A stretch of DNA of 64,000 nt from Adineta vaga (taxonomy: Eukaryota; Animalia; Rotifera), in contig CP075492.1 of the NCBI GenBank assembly GCA_021613535.1, positions 4,340,001 through 4,404,000 on the forward strand, in the 5' to 3' direction. Position 1 is the first letter of the stretch; every line of letters begins with the position of its first letter. The position numbers and the translations under genes were made by a program. Positions 25,701 through 36,343 of the stretch are shown one piece after another. The notes beneath the pieces were generated by a model. It was given only the letters and a program-made list of their open reading frames with translations, searched no databases and had not been told where the DNA came from.

Positions 25701-26394
25701 TTCTATAAATGTTGTTAATATAGAAAATTTAATCAAATGGTTGATACAAAACATATTACGTTCTAATAATTGGAATAGTCGAATGGTTTCATTAATGATC
25801 GCTGATTGTTTATTATCGTTAGTTTCAGCTTGTGTTCAAAAAGAAAATTATCTTTACCGAAAAATAACTAATGCGTCAAATTTTAATAAAGAACAATTTA
25901 CTAAAATTTTAATCGAAATTCTGAATCATCATCCATGTTTTGGAGCACGAGGAAATGCTTTTATTTTACTTGCCGCAATGGATTTATCTGATCATAAAAT
26001 AATTATTAATGCATTAAATACATTATTTGATGAAAATCTTGTCAAAGAATTAGCTACTATTGGAATTCCTTTGATTCATCTTTCACCAAATGAATTTATT
26101 GATGATCTACTAAATTCTTTAAATAATGATAGTGCAATTAAAGTTTATGAATTATTAAAAATTATTACACAATTTGCTTTAGATGAAAAAATTGATGCTA
26201 ATTGTAAATCAAATATAATTAATTATATTGCAAAAGAAATTGGAGAATTTAAATCGAAAAGACTAGTAAATTATTATTATACGGATATTAAAATTCCATT
26301 TACAACAACATTAGAAAATGAATTTTATAAAACATGGATTAAAATACAAGGACTATCTGGTAAAAGTCAATATTCTATGACAACAAATGAATAA
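19795..26394 (+). CDS. SIR2-like + NACHT (STAND NTPase) + helical (HEAT/ARM-like) repeat protein, 2199 aa, intronless
   Basis: SIR2_2-type motifs VLVFVG, PIITTNYDLLLE, ILHLYG, TLLFIGY. Pre-NACHT LENIYVEL; Walker A ILGHPGSGKTT; Walker B FIIFEGLDEVP; sensor FVITSR; NPQL; WHD FRFIHRTFQEYLAA; long helical C-terminus. Confidence 0.85.
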   Translation: MADEIQKLRKNIVSNNVLVFVGPDISIYTTNAEQNISHWKHQLKHQQVRRNGKDFRDDMNQSNNTTTEVVGYSSTSDQINHYSNEIGVEETANLMITIGQLFPQNPELIKAIGELQCPIITTNYDLLLEDLLNKVSLTWNEHSSDGSFKNMKDYILHLYGHYQKPDSLVFNNKDFDELYENKFFQSRFRTFIQGKTLLFIGYETDLSNLNLSCLLKWIFHITIDDNPPTIYKLIRSNIHRSLLENLKEIPYGNTFDDLISFLRNLLSFSTLIRENILSINRRENVLKKYLNYLINEYDHITLFGYENEDILLKLENIYVELKFDPTHPSIKAMKTIDINEEFKEKVLSYGFFNENEKKKLIRSIIEQNSFYSETIYRDLMIDQWLNILLSNTRIFSNDESISIRNKISQLKQNIFEKNHFKEIKQYEIQEAFNEFKHFIILGHPGSGKTTISKWLIINMAKQCLGKENLLFNEKNSSKNKIPILIPIWKYFDQIKNNNCKQLKLSLLEFLYENVTLNSNYFTKEENKDLSLLIMESLLNGNVFIIFEGLDEVPIYIDRNDLIKEINLLLEHGIDYDSKSKKLIYSIYEKKEINNTKDLINGNRFVITSRIEGNYFEEINFFIPRLTIEDMSNESLRLFCNSYTKCTKKEFIIDQLYNNISKNKDIFQLAINPQLASVIVSIYNQANEKLPEKRIDLYEIAIEKMIQRIISSSNNENLYLNSIILWSILQEIADYLHYKVEGLSENNLKEIIGKYYLINYKKEDLNNIDELILKLVDIFKYKVGLLNEFGHDSFRFIHRTFQEYLAAKNIIYLNGIERSENIIYENIQLKINIPNWRVPLNMTFGILSKFYQNNQLFYRILRKLLINEQILSLSTLIVPFVIIDSLNDMYFSSKETEQEMIEKLSDLLLFDYKNLLGFSKLKEHQTLIHSYFLKLQNKSSLTMIKWFNEKFHETNENISPCSNIIYQLKWFSPKFHEIFLKNLHSDSQIWNWPIDSILRYYSTNIKDQSILTQLQFKKILLDNPHLIIHISKNMNWLCLIISLYGGYQNYDTPKTILEYAELAQFLSLSDNERIPFIFYFRDTWDRNDTAYSMAVYLNGFKAKDNWTKIPIFDVNEIYKDSFLTTRIIELVRENRDTRELIAELREQISNEQLCINIRTEASIALIVLGDFDSIQRQDKVLRTNVENRIEELISVLKDPIARYSSHIQNYLLQLYNHMKINQSKYHLNYSNYCRIYLSFIANSGGIPVDTKLLAETVDNMDDKCDLYAEYFVSKMTGNSSGDLRYDVAVLCDKCIRILKSDLIIKSFLKINNTIQIYKPIRSCSWSTDQFPFESFEEDDIPIAFLNCLENIHTNIAFVIDIICDIFINEEYFIRNSELIPIFILFIFGIMSKELNKTDIYSKLLPELNEIVNVKEFLLNKIQSMSNPYYKSRAFYQLAQFYDEKSDELLNESNNLTDNIVDGSLRFQVLEKIYNVAHYKDVKENDFIQHILDKLISTLDQIEKIDDQIIASIRLSFYGCEEFRKKYLRNALEILNEMDENNEKLKLIIKLKPLISIYDDLCEKLDEIVFNLENNEYRYFVNSYYGKILCAKQLNDISDNIELQSLFRLFGQLNDAKIILDKDDNLNQLWLNLYKDINNQLNIEKILKIGINNELFLTSQVAIIIDELIKQGKEERISIIFPYLIKPSNEVLPIVQRWFIDYPNRQIMKLSALLLVETKHIFELVVETLINLLNNDNDQLRYRAQRIFQHPERDPSEPSKTISVIGEKALLKILQGIVMKEHLLKVRVYLRTFFFDVLWDDPLVLKNLCRSIAQSNDVENFHLNRIKFISNHTWNALIQSLQSPSYSLYRENFFESTMRLVERSQIQEQDWIEFQRIFSNIDTNSFVEKLYFIQTDIEIIRSIINEIWSLSNVTDETYFDILQSKIISLSTIEVKNILLENYLSVQNIGRCTFFTSTFNLNQTVLNTLNDLSINVVNIENLIKWLIQNILRSNNWNSRMVSLMIADCLLSLVSACVQKENYLYRKITNASNFNKEQFTKILIEILNHHPCFGARGNAFILLAAMDLSDHKIIINALNTLFDENLVKELATIGIPLIHLSPNEFIDDLLNSLNNDSAIKVYELLKIITQFALDEKIDANCKSNIINYIAKEIGEFKSKRLVNYYYTDIKIPFTTTLENEFYKTWIKIQGLSGKSQYSMTTNE

Positions 26395-27258
26395 TAAATA
26401 GAATAAACTTAAAGATATGACGAATTGTCTTTTTTTTTGTTTGTAAAATAATCAAGAATATTGAGATCGTAACGTGTCATACGATCTAACGTTTACTATT
26501 TTTTGAAAATAAAAAGGCGAGACAAAAGTGAATACAGAGTTTCTGATTTTGTAAATTTTCTCTTTTCTTTGCAATTCTGACTTGTAAACAAAATTAATGA
26601 GAATGGTGATAATCACACAAGAACAAATGTCATCGATGATTCAAAAGAAAGATTTACATCTTTAGGAATAGAAGAAAAGCGTATGAGATATATAGACCAA
26701 TTCAGTAGTGACACGAAAAACTCAGATTAGTATACTCACACCCATCATTTGATTCCCGGTTGGAGTGGACAATACTCTGCTGATAATGATTATACGAATG
26801 TTAGTATTCTATTTCCAATAGTAATGTACAGATATACAACAATAACTGTTTTTGTTCACACAAATGGTGTAAGTGAATGTCATGATCAATCTCTTTTTTC
26901 ATAAATAGACATTGTTGTTCGAAATTAAATTAATTTTGTTTAGGTACTTTATTTAGCTAACTACTCTACTGACTACAGTAGTACATCTCTTCCAACATCT
27001 TTGTATCTATTCAAGAACATCTCAAGATGTTTATTATGGCACAACAGAAACAACACCGAATTGAACGTGAGTTTTTGAATATTACATAGCTCGATTTTCA
27101 ATGCTCAGTAGTTATTATCATTTTCAAATAGTGTTTTATGAAAATTCACCGGATATCGTTTGAGTGATAATGTGACTTTTATTTCATATGAATAAAAATT
27201 AAAACAGAAAATAGATTTTAGAGAATCTTCCTAAATGAACAATCAAAGATCGATTGAA

Positions 27259-28610
27259 CTATGTCATAAGATCTTCAAGTAATTTCAATAAATGTCGTGA
27301 TGTGACCAATGAATGTCGACATGAATTGAATAGTTTTAAATCAAAATGTGATTTTGGAGGCAGTAATGTTTGTTGATTTAATTCATCTTTAAATTGATTT
27401 CTTATCGATGATATAGTATTAATACTTTCACAAATCGTTGATAAATTTGTTAAATCTAAAATGAATGTTTGTATTGAATTGAGTTTATCAATTGATGATA
27501 AAATTAATTCATAGAATGTTGAAGAAAATTTTGATTGAATGGAAGGTAATAAACGATTGAATTGTTTCAAAAGCTGAAATTATAAAATAAAAGAAATGAT
27601 TTCAATCGGGAAAATGAAACATACTGATCGAAATAAAGAATTTATCTTGTTTGTTTCTTGATTATTGGAATTATTTGTTGAAATGGATTGTTCAGTTGAT
27701 GAAGATAGATCAATTATATTGTTATTTTTGTTTTGTTCGATTCTCAAACAACGATTTCGAAGACTCGGTAAAAGTAGAGGAGAAATTCATAGAAAAGAAA
27801 TAGTTTAGAATAGAAAAATGACTTGTAGATTGTCATAAAATAGACAAAATGAATTAAAAACACTTGAAAACAATTGCAGATGACGAAAATTGTTTGTATT
27901 TTGATGAGATTGTTGTAATGGAATGATAATTCCAAAAACATAACCATAGATAACAAAAATATTTTCATATAATTGTATTAAGATTTGATTTGAATGATCT
28001 TGTGAAACTAATTGACGAATATTTGTCATAAGATCATTGATAGAATGTTCAAATGAATAATCTTCTAAGCATTAAAGAAAAGAAAATAAAGAAATCAATT
28101 CTTTTTCAGATAATTACTATTTTTTGACGGAAGATCGTTTTCTATTGTCATTATTCTTGGTAGATTGTCATTACTACCTACATTAAATTAAATAAAGAAA
28201 AAGATATTCAAAGAAAATAAGTTTGAATACTTTGATGTGTACAAAGATAAATAGAAATACTATTTCCCTGTAATACATTTCGATTGAGATATTCACGAAA
28301 TGTTTTATATTCAAATAAATTAAATTGTTGTTGTTCAAAATCATATAAAAACGTTTGATCTTGTGTATTATCTATGTGGAAGAAGAGAAAATCAAAGAAA
28401 GAATAGTGAAATGACATTACCTAATTTATAAAGTTTAAGAAGTTGTTGATGAATATCTTTGAAAGTCATTTGATTATGATACAAAAGACAAGAACGAGTT
28501 CCACCACCATTTTTAAGATCAATTGTTTTAATGATACCCTTGTTCGTCAATAGGAGACGACCACAACGATATTTCGTCTTTTTTCGATGAAGATTTGAAT
28601 ATTTAGGCAT
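27259..28610 (-). CDS. Uncharacterised multi-exon protein with an N-terminal GGGTR-motif (possibly ubiquitin-like) domain
   Basis: Successive minus-strand open segments (28392-28610, 28208-28417, 27805-28029, 27259-27570) with host-like codon usage, separated by short GT-AG introns. Confidence 0.55.
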
Positions 28611-29004
28611 TTAAACAGTTAGTTTTCTTTTCTTTCTTGAACTGATCGATGTTATCTTAATGATTGAAATGAAAACATGTGGTTTATTTTGAACAATATT
28701 CATCACATTCGAATAAGACTCGATTAATTTTTCAAGTTTTTTATTTATTACAATCAGTAAAGCAATTGTTGTTTCTTGATGTGTTATTTCATTCATTCAG
28801 TTCAAGTTATCTAAACTATGATCATTCATTTACATGTGTCCAATACGAAAAGAACGAGAAAAAAACTGGTGTAGACTCTGACTGAAACAATACGATCTAA
28901 ACAGACGAAAGAAAATTTGTCTAAATCAAATAAACAAGTGACAAATGTTGCATTGTTATTAGAAACGAGATCAATAATCTCGAATGTGTATTCTAAATAG
29001 AAAC

Positions 29005-30987
29005 ATGGTAATATTACATATCATCACTATATTCTTGTTGATAACTATTACAAAGACAAATGCAAGATCAAGTAAGATAAGATCAAAACTTTAGATGAAA
29101 TGATGAAAAAGCTTGTTTGTTTGTTTGTTATAGATTTCGTGCACATATCAATCAATGCATCTCGAGTGTCAACATCATCATGTTCAACATACTCTAGTAT
29201 TCCATTAATTGATCCTGTTACAACAAATATGCGAACATTGATCGATGATCTATCGAATTGTCGATATTCATCATGGGATCTTGTTCGTTGGTATTTGTCA
29301 CGTATTGATGATGTAAATCGACAAGGATCTCATCCACTTCATGCTGTCATTGAAATCAATCCTGATGCATTAGATATTGCTAATGCACTTGATAAAGAAC
29401 GAAAAATGAATGGAAGAAGATCATTACTTCATGGAATACCCATTCTAATCAAAGATAACATTGCAACAGATGATCAAATGAAAACAACAGCTGGTAGTTT
29501 AGCACTTGTCAATTCACGTGTACCACGAGATGCATTTGTAGTTGAACAACTAAGAAAAGCAGGTGTAATCATACTTGGTAAAACATCATTGACAGAATGG
29601 AGTAATTTTAAAACAGAAAATCTTACAAGACAAGGATGGTCACCACGAGGTGGTTTACCCAGGTAAACGAATTCTGCTGAAAAGAACAAATAGAGAATGA
29701 TATTTGATTTGTTTTAGTTCAGCTTATGTTGCTGATGGTGATCCAGGTGGAAGTAGTAGTGGTTCTGCAATTGCGACAAGTGCTGGTTTATGTGCAGCAG
29801 CATTAGGAACAGAAACTTGTGGTAGTATTATTTCACCAGCTAGTCGTGCAAATATTGTTGGTCTTAAACCAACTGTTGGATTAACATCACGTTCAGGTGT
29901 TATTCCCATCTCATATGATCATGATAGTGTTGGTCCAATGGGTAAAACAGTTGAAGATGTTGCTCTTTTACTTGGTAGATGATGAAATCAATTATTTAAA
30001 TATTGTTGTTGTTGTTGTTGTTTTTGTTGTGGTTGATATATTTAGAAGTGATAGAAAGTGTTGATAGTCGAGATAATGCAACACAACAAGCAGGAATTGT
30101 TCGTCATCAAAATTACACTCGATTTTTACAAGGAATCGAAGGACTTCGAAATCTTCGATTGGGTGTTGTTCGTCAAGGTCATTTGTATTTTCTTTATTCA
30201 GTGTTAATAATTTCAAATGAATTCTTTTATATTTTTAGCAATCAATATATCAATAGAAAAAGAAAATCAATTCCAAAAAGCTATTGATATTCTACGTTTT
30301 CATGGTGCAATTGTGATTGATCCAGTGAATGTTACTGGTTTAGACGATGAGAATTTAATAAGTTATTTGAAAGATTTGATGACATATAATTTTCGTAAAG
30401 ATCTTCGAAATTATTTATCTGAACTTGAAAATACAAATATTCGATCATTAAAAGATATTATTGAATTTAATCTTCAACATGTTGATGAAGAATTTCATCA
30501 TGAATATTCTCCTAATCAACAAATATTCGTTTTAGCTGAAGATCATATGAATATGACTGCGGATGAATATGCAATTTTATACAATAAAACTCGTGAAATA
30601 GGTGGAAAGAATGGAATTGATGCAACGTAAGTTGATATTTCTCGATTTTATTTCTGAAATCAAACTGAATTTAGATTGAATGAATATGAATTAGATGCAA
30701 TTATTGTTCCTGATCCTGAACATGAAATGACATTATTTGCATCATTTGCTGGTTATCCATTGATTGTTGTTCCATTAGGTTTTAATGAATCAAATAATGA
30801 ACCGTATGGTTTGATGTTTGTTGGAAGAGCATGGTCAGAATCGATGCTTTTACGTGTTGCACATGGATTTGAGCAAGCATTTCCATTGAGAAATCGAATT
30901 CGACCTAAATATGCTGAACAGAATAGTTCAATTGTTGAATTTCTTTTTAAAATTATCGAATATCTAAGAAAACTTTTTATAATTTGA
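29005..30987 (+). CDS. Secreted amidase-signature family enzyme (peptide-amidase-like)
   Basis: Signal-peptide exon [22 protein letters not shown] (ATG 29005) splices in frame. Motifs [55 protein letters not shown]; Lys-Ser-Ser triad present. Confidence 0.9.
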
Positions 30988-32194
30988 AATTCTTTGAATA
31001 ATAGTTGAAATAGAAATAGTATCTCTTCTTTTGTTTGTTCTCTTTGTGAAAAATATCTTTTATAGTTTTATTTTCCTTTTAGAAGAAGTAGTTAATAATA
31101 ATAATAATAATATAAAATAACGTAGAGATGAACGTTGAACATTCGTCGTAACATATACTACCTCACTCCCTACTTTCATTACTTTGATTGTCAATATTGA
31201 TTAATTATATGGAAGAAACTTGTCGTTCTATCATGAAACTTATTTCCTATGTAGTGGTTATGATTGATGATTCTATGTTAATCAACTGAGGAAGTCATAG
31301 TATCACAGAGATTGGCAAAATAATAAATGCATCTATTGTCAAGTTATTTTGATATTTTTCATCGATTTAATCAACATATGTAAAATAATAACATTTTTCT
31401 GATAATACAGGCTATAAAAACTGTTGTCAGAGATGACAATCGTAAATGTTCTTTTGTATGGAATAGAAAAATTGAACCATAAATCAACATGTATCATTAT
31501 TAAGATGATGTATTCGGTGGTTCGAATGCGATTTCATTATTTCTATCAATGTACCTAAGATCTGAGACACATCACATTGTATTAACGAGAAAAATGTTAA
31601 CCTTGAATGTCACTGTTATTTACACTAAATATTTAATGCATTGTTCGTCAATTTACTCAATCGAACTGCTTTTATATATTTCTCTAACTGCAATCAAAAA
31701 CATGTGGACTCCCAAGACGCTGTTGAATACTTTGTTTTTTTTCTCTTCAATATTAATTATAGAAAACAAGAAATGATAACAACGGTTCATCATTTGGAAT
31801 ATTTATCTAGAATTCATTGGTTTACCATTGACAATAGTTCTAAAAGTGCTTCTTTGATACCTTTCGAAGTTGATCTATATATATATATTTACATTTCAAT
31901 TATTAATTCTTTCTTCTTTCGTGTGACTATTTCATAGAAGAAAATTATACTCTAATATGAAGAAAAATGAATAATTATTTCTGATAATAATCCCACATGA
32001 GACTTTTGAATTTATAGTGACAGGCATTGCCTGATTATAAAGCTTTTCATTTTCTCTCTCAATAATATTTTCGATCAAAGACTAAATAGAAAATAAAACT
32101 TTCTAATTCGTTCTTCTTTTAATTTTATTTAACAAAACAATGGCAAAGAATGATAATGCTCTTCAATGTTCTCATCGATTGTTTTGTATAGCTT

Positions 32195-32747
32195 TTATTC
32201 ATTGTCGACATTGGTTGTAAGTAATCCTAAAGAGATAAAAGATGAATGCATATTCGAAATAGACAGTAAAAAGAAACACAAACCTTTAAACGCAGGTACT
32301 CGAACAAATGTAACCAATGTATAAAGTTTATGTAGTGAATCTTCATCTTCATTACGTTGACGAGCTAAACGTACTCGAACACGATATGGAACATGACTAG
32401 AAGAAGATATGCATAATGTTTTTAGAGAATGTATTAAAGAACTTTACTTGATTCCTTGTGACCAAATTTCCTTGTTCAATTTTGAATCGATACGAACATC
32501 GGGTGTTTTCATCATTTTTTCGGCGAATTTTTTCAATTCTTTTACTGCACGTGGTGCACGTTTTTTGAATGCTCTATTTTAAAAAAGAACAAAACAAATA
32601 TTAGAAGATCTAAGGACAATCAAATAGAACTTACACGCCATGTAATCGTTTGTGAAGATTCACGGTGTATTCACGGGTAACAACTTCATTGGTAATTTGT
32701 TTTTTGTTACCACTATTTTCGCCTTTTTTACCTTTGGTATTGGCCAT
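32195..32747 (-). CDS. RPL31: 60S ribosomal protein L31
   Basis: [70 protein letters not shown]; 4 coding exons. Confidence 0.97.
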
Positions 32748-33042
32748 TTGAAGAAGATTAGATTGGTTTTTTATCTAAAAAGAATTCGAATTTAAAGAGC
32801 GAAAAAATATTGAGTTTAAAATTCACGTTGTTCTTTTGCATTTTTTCAATTAAGACAAACGATAAATTAGAAAGATAAATAGACAAAAAAGCAAACATAA
32901 CAATAGAAAAAAGAAAAAAACTTCGATCAATCAAGCTATGAGAACAGATTTAGGCATATAAATAATATACATCGAAGTGGAAAGAAAGAAGAACCCATGG
33001 ATTATAAATAGATTTTAAAGAGAAGAAAAACACCATTTCAGT

Positions 33043-35266
33043 CTATTTATTGTTTTCATTTAAAAGATAATTACGATCATTATTCATGGAATTTGGAGGT
33101 GTATCAAGTGGTAGAAGAACATCAGTACTAAAATCCAAATTTTATTCATCATTTTATTCAACGAACTTCGATACGTACCTTGTATGACTAAATTGTTCTT
33201 GTTGTTGTCGTAAACCACCGAGTAAGACACTGTTCACTTGATAATGAACACCATCACCTCGTCTATTCGATAGAAAAGAAAGAATTTTGATAAAGAAAAT
33301 TTCAAAACTTACGTGGTTGAAATGGGTATAAATGCTCTGAGTAAATCTTGACCAAAGATTTCTTGAAAATTCTGTTTACAACCAAGATTGAATCCGTCTT
33401 TCTGAGGTCCATCTGCAAATATCGGTGCTCGGAATGATTCTAAATTACTTATCTATGCAATATACATTCCAATGAAAAAATCATCATACCAAGAGTTGTT
33501 CGATTTTTTCCGGTTAAAAATAAATGATAGAAGAATAAGGATGATACACTTATGGCAAACATCACTGATGCGAAAAAGAGGAAAAGTAAATGAAATCTTC
33601 CACTTGGTGATTTTGCACTATTTATATCCTGAAAAAGACAAACAAAACATACATATTGAAAGTTTTCTTTGATTTAATTAATTCAAGCATACTTTCTGAA
33701 CATTAGTTACACCCTACACCGATTTAAACAAAACAATTAATTAGTAAAGCAGCAAGCAAACAAAAAACAAGAAGTTGACTTCAATTACCTGCCAAAATTG
33801 AATGAAATATTCCATTGATGTAGCAGCGACATAACTACAGAATATCAAAGCCCACCCAAGAAATAAAACAAAAAATTTATAATTTGCATAAGAAATACAA
33901 CTATTTGTCCTGAAAAAAAAACAAGGAAAAGATCGAAATGAATATTTTCAGACTTTCTGCTAGAAAAAAAAGATCTCTTTACCATGGACAATGATGATCA
34001 TATTTGAGAACACATTTGCCACATACAGAACAATGATGAGCTCGATCTGGTTTTATACATTGACATGTAAAACAGTACCTCACACCTTTAAGAATTTTCA
34101 TCTTATTTTGAAATGAATTAATGAAATAACTTACTTCCATCGAAATGTCGAGTAAGTACAGGTAAATTAGCTCGACGACAAAGGCGAACTAGAGTAGCAC
34201 GTCGTTCATCTAATGTTTGTGCTGTTGCTACACGTTCGCCTTCCGCTTCTCCAACATAAAACTAAATATAGAAAATAATAGGAAATGACCAAATTTCATG
34301 ATTGATTTACTTCACTAGGTGGACCAGCTAAAGGTTTAAACATTGTTCGATAATATGACCAAAGGAAAAGGATTAACAATGGATGATAAATAATCAAATA
34401 TATAACTAGAGACAAAAAAAAGCCCGAATTGTTTATTTAATAGCCGAAGAATGGATTTGAAAGTTTTTTCTTTTTTGCTTTAGAAAAACATATATCGGAA
34501 ATCTTTTCAAATTTTCAATTTCAAAAAGATTGCTTCAAGATATAAAACTTACCTTTTTTAGGTACACTTTCAATGGTTACTAAAAGCAAAAAATTCAATA
34601 TGAAATCAATACATTTCATATCAAAACTTACAAATACACATTTGTACAACATAAGCATAATAAGACCAAGCCACAATGGCCAGAATAAACACAACTGGAA
34701 TACTTTTCAAGGTTTCAAAGCAACACACTCGTGATGATCGTAAACTCATTGTGCAATCTAATTATAAACAAAGAAAATTTTACTACTTATTCTTTTTGAG
34801 AAATTATTCAAGTGAAATGTGAAACTAAAATAATGCATAAATATACACACACACACACACGCGTTAGTTTCAATGAAGGATATTTGCAGCTATTCAAAAG
34901 GATAAGATGATGGCAAAATTGGAAATACTTACGGAATCTCTTCATTCTCGAGATGAACATAGAATAGAATGACTGGAAATCTTGTTGATGCTGTTCACGC
35001 ACCAAATATGTCGCATTCGACTAACAGGAAAATTACATAGGATATAGTTCGATATTCTCTCATCTCATGTACATGAAAAAATACAAATTTTCTTTTCGAT
35101 TACTTACTTGTTGATTGGTTAATGGGAGAAGAGGTTCTAAGTCAATATCATCATCCTTTGAAAAAATAAATACTTATTCTTAAAAAGCTTATTTAACATT
35201 TGTTCTTCTTACGTCTTGATGTGTATGCGTGAGAATATCGTTTGAAGAAGTGGAGTAATTAGTCAT
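33043..35266 (-). CDS. DHHC palmitoyltransferase (ZDHHC2/15/20 group)
   Basis: [62 protein letters not shown]. Conserved part starts at ATG 34749; three upstream exons from ATG 35266 splice in frame (less certain). Confidence 0.9.
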
Positions 35267-36343
35267 TCAATGTTTGTTCCATGTAAAAGAAATAAGTTTG
35301 TTCATTAATATAAATAATTTAATCTAAATAACAAAATAAACATTAGTTTTTGATAAATCATTGCATGAACATATGTCTGTCCATTAGTAAGAAACGATAA
35401 AAGACTACCTTTCATAAACAACATTTGTTTGGATTTTTTCTAGTATTTACCAGTTGTTAAATTCAAACTACAACTCAGTTCAAATATCGAAACAATTCAT
35501 TGATGAAATATAACGAAAAAAAATCTTGAAAAAAGAATATAGAAAAATTAAAACGAGAAAAATATTATTTCAAAAATATTTATATATAGATGTCGTTAGT
35601 ATCATTTTCTTCCGTTTTTCTATTTTTTTTATAATTATTGTAAGATGAATAAGTATACTACAACTTAGAAATGAACTACTTACTTAGAATAGAAAAAAAT
35701 TCGTTTTAAGACGCTATCACGTTGTCTGATTGCACACATCATTTCATATGTATATGTTAGATAATCTGTATGCGCATTATATTTATATAGATAGAAGAAT
35801 AGTAAGTTTATTCCAAATAGCTCATAAGTATATATAGAAAAAGAAAAACATCTCGCAAGTTTCATTACAAATGGAAGTTTAATCTTCCGATTACACATGA
35901 AAGTGCGGAAATAATGCTGATAAAACACTTATGAATTTTCAATGTGTGGAATGATCTGTAGAGGATCTATAATCTATCTTTCATCGGTTTATTTTTTATG
36001 ATAAATTCATATGTAAGAAATTGATTTCTTTCTGTAGTTCTTGAATTACTACTGAGAAGATGTTGAAATTCTTATTAGCATCATTATTATATGTTGTACT
36101 TGAAAGATCTTCTAGAGCATATTGTATTAAAAGGATGGATTTATCATATATATCAGTGAAAAAAGAATTGAAATGAAATGCTCATTACGATGTCAATTAT
36201 TGATATGCTCTGATAGTCACCGCCCTCTTTCCCAAGCAGAGGCTGAAGGTTATTTTTATTTAATATGGTGATATGTACAAGATAAAACTGTAACTGTACT
36301 AAAAGAATGAAATCGATATCGTCTTTATTCTGAATGTCTAACA

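Noticed and set aside
13331-26394. Calling piwi + SIR2-NACHT a true SPARSA system or bacterial contamination
   Set aside because: The Argonaute is a spliced, full-length eukaryotic Piwi, no APAZ domain is evident, and the flanking genes are clearly metazoan.
26570-27200. Exon-like fragments downstream of SIR2-NACHT
   Set aside because: Could not assemble an open spliced frame.
28611-28796. In-frame upstream ORF abutting the GGGTR gene (TAA-ATG) as stop-codon readthrough
   Set aside because: No readthrough context or protein-like signal; most likely 5' UTR or promoter.
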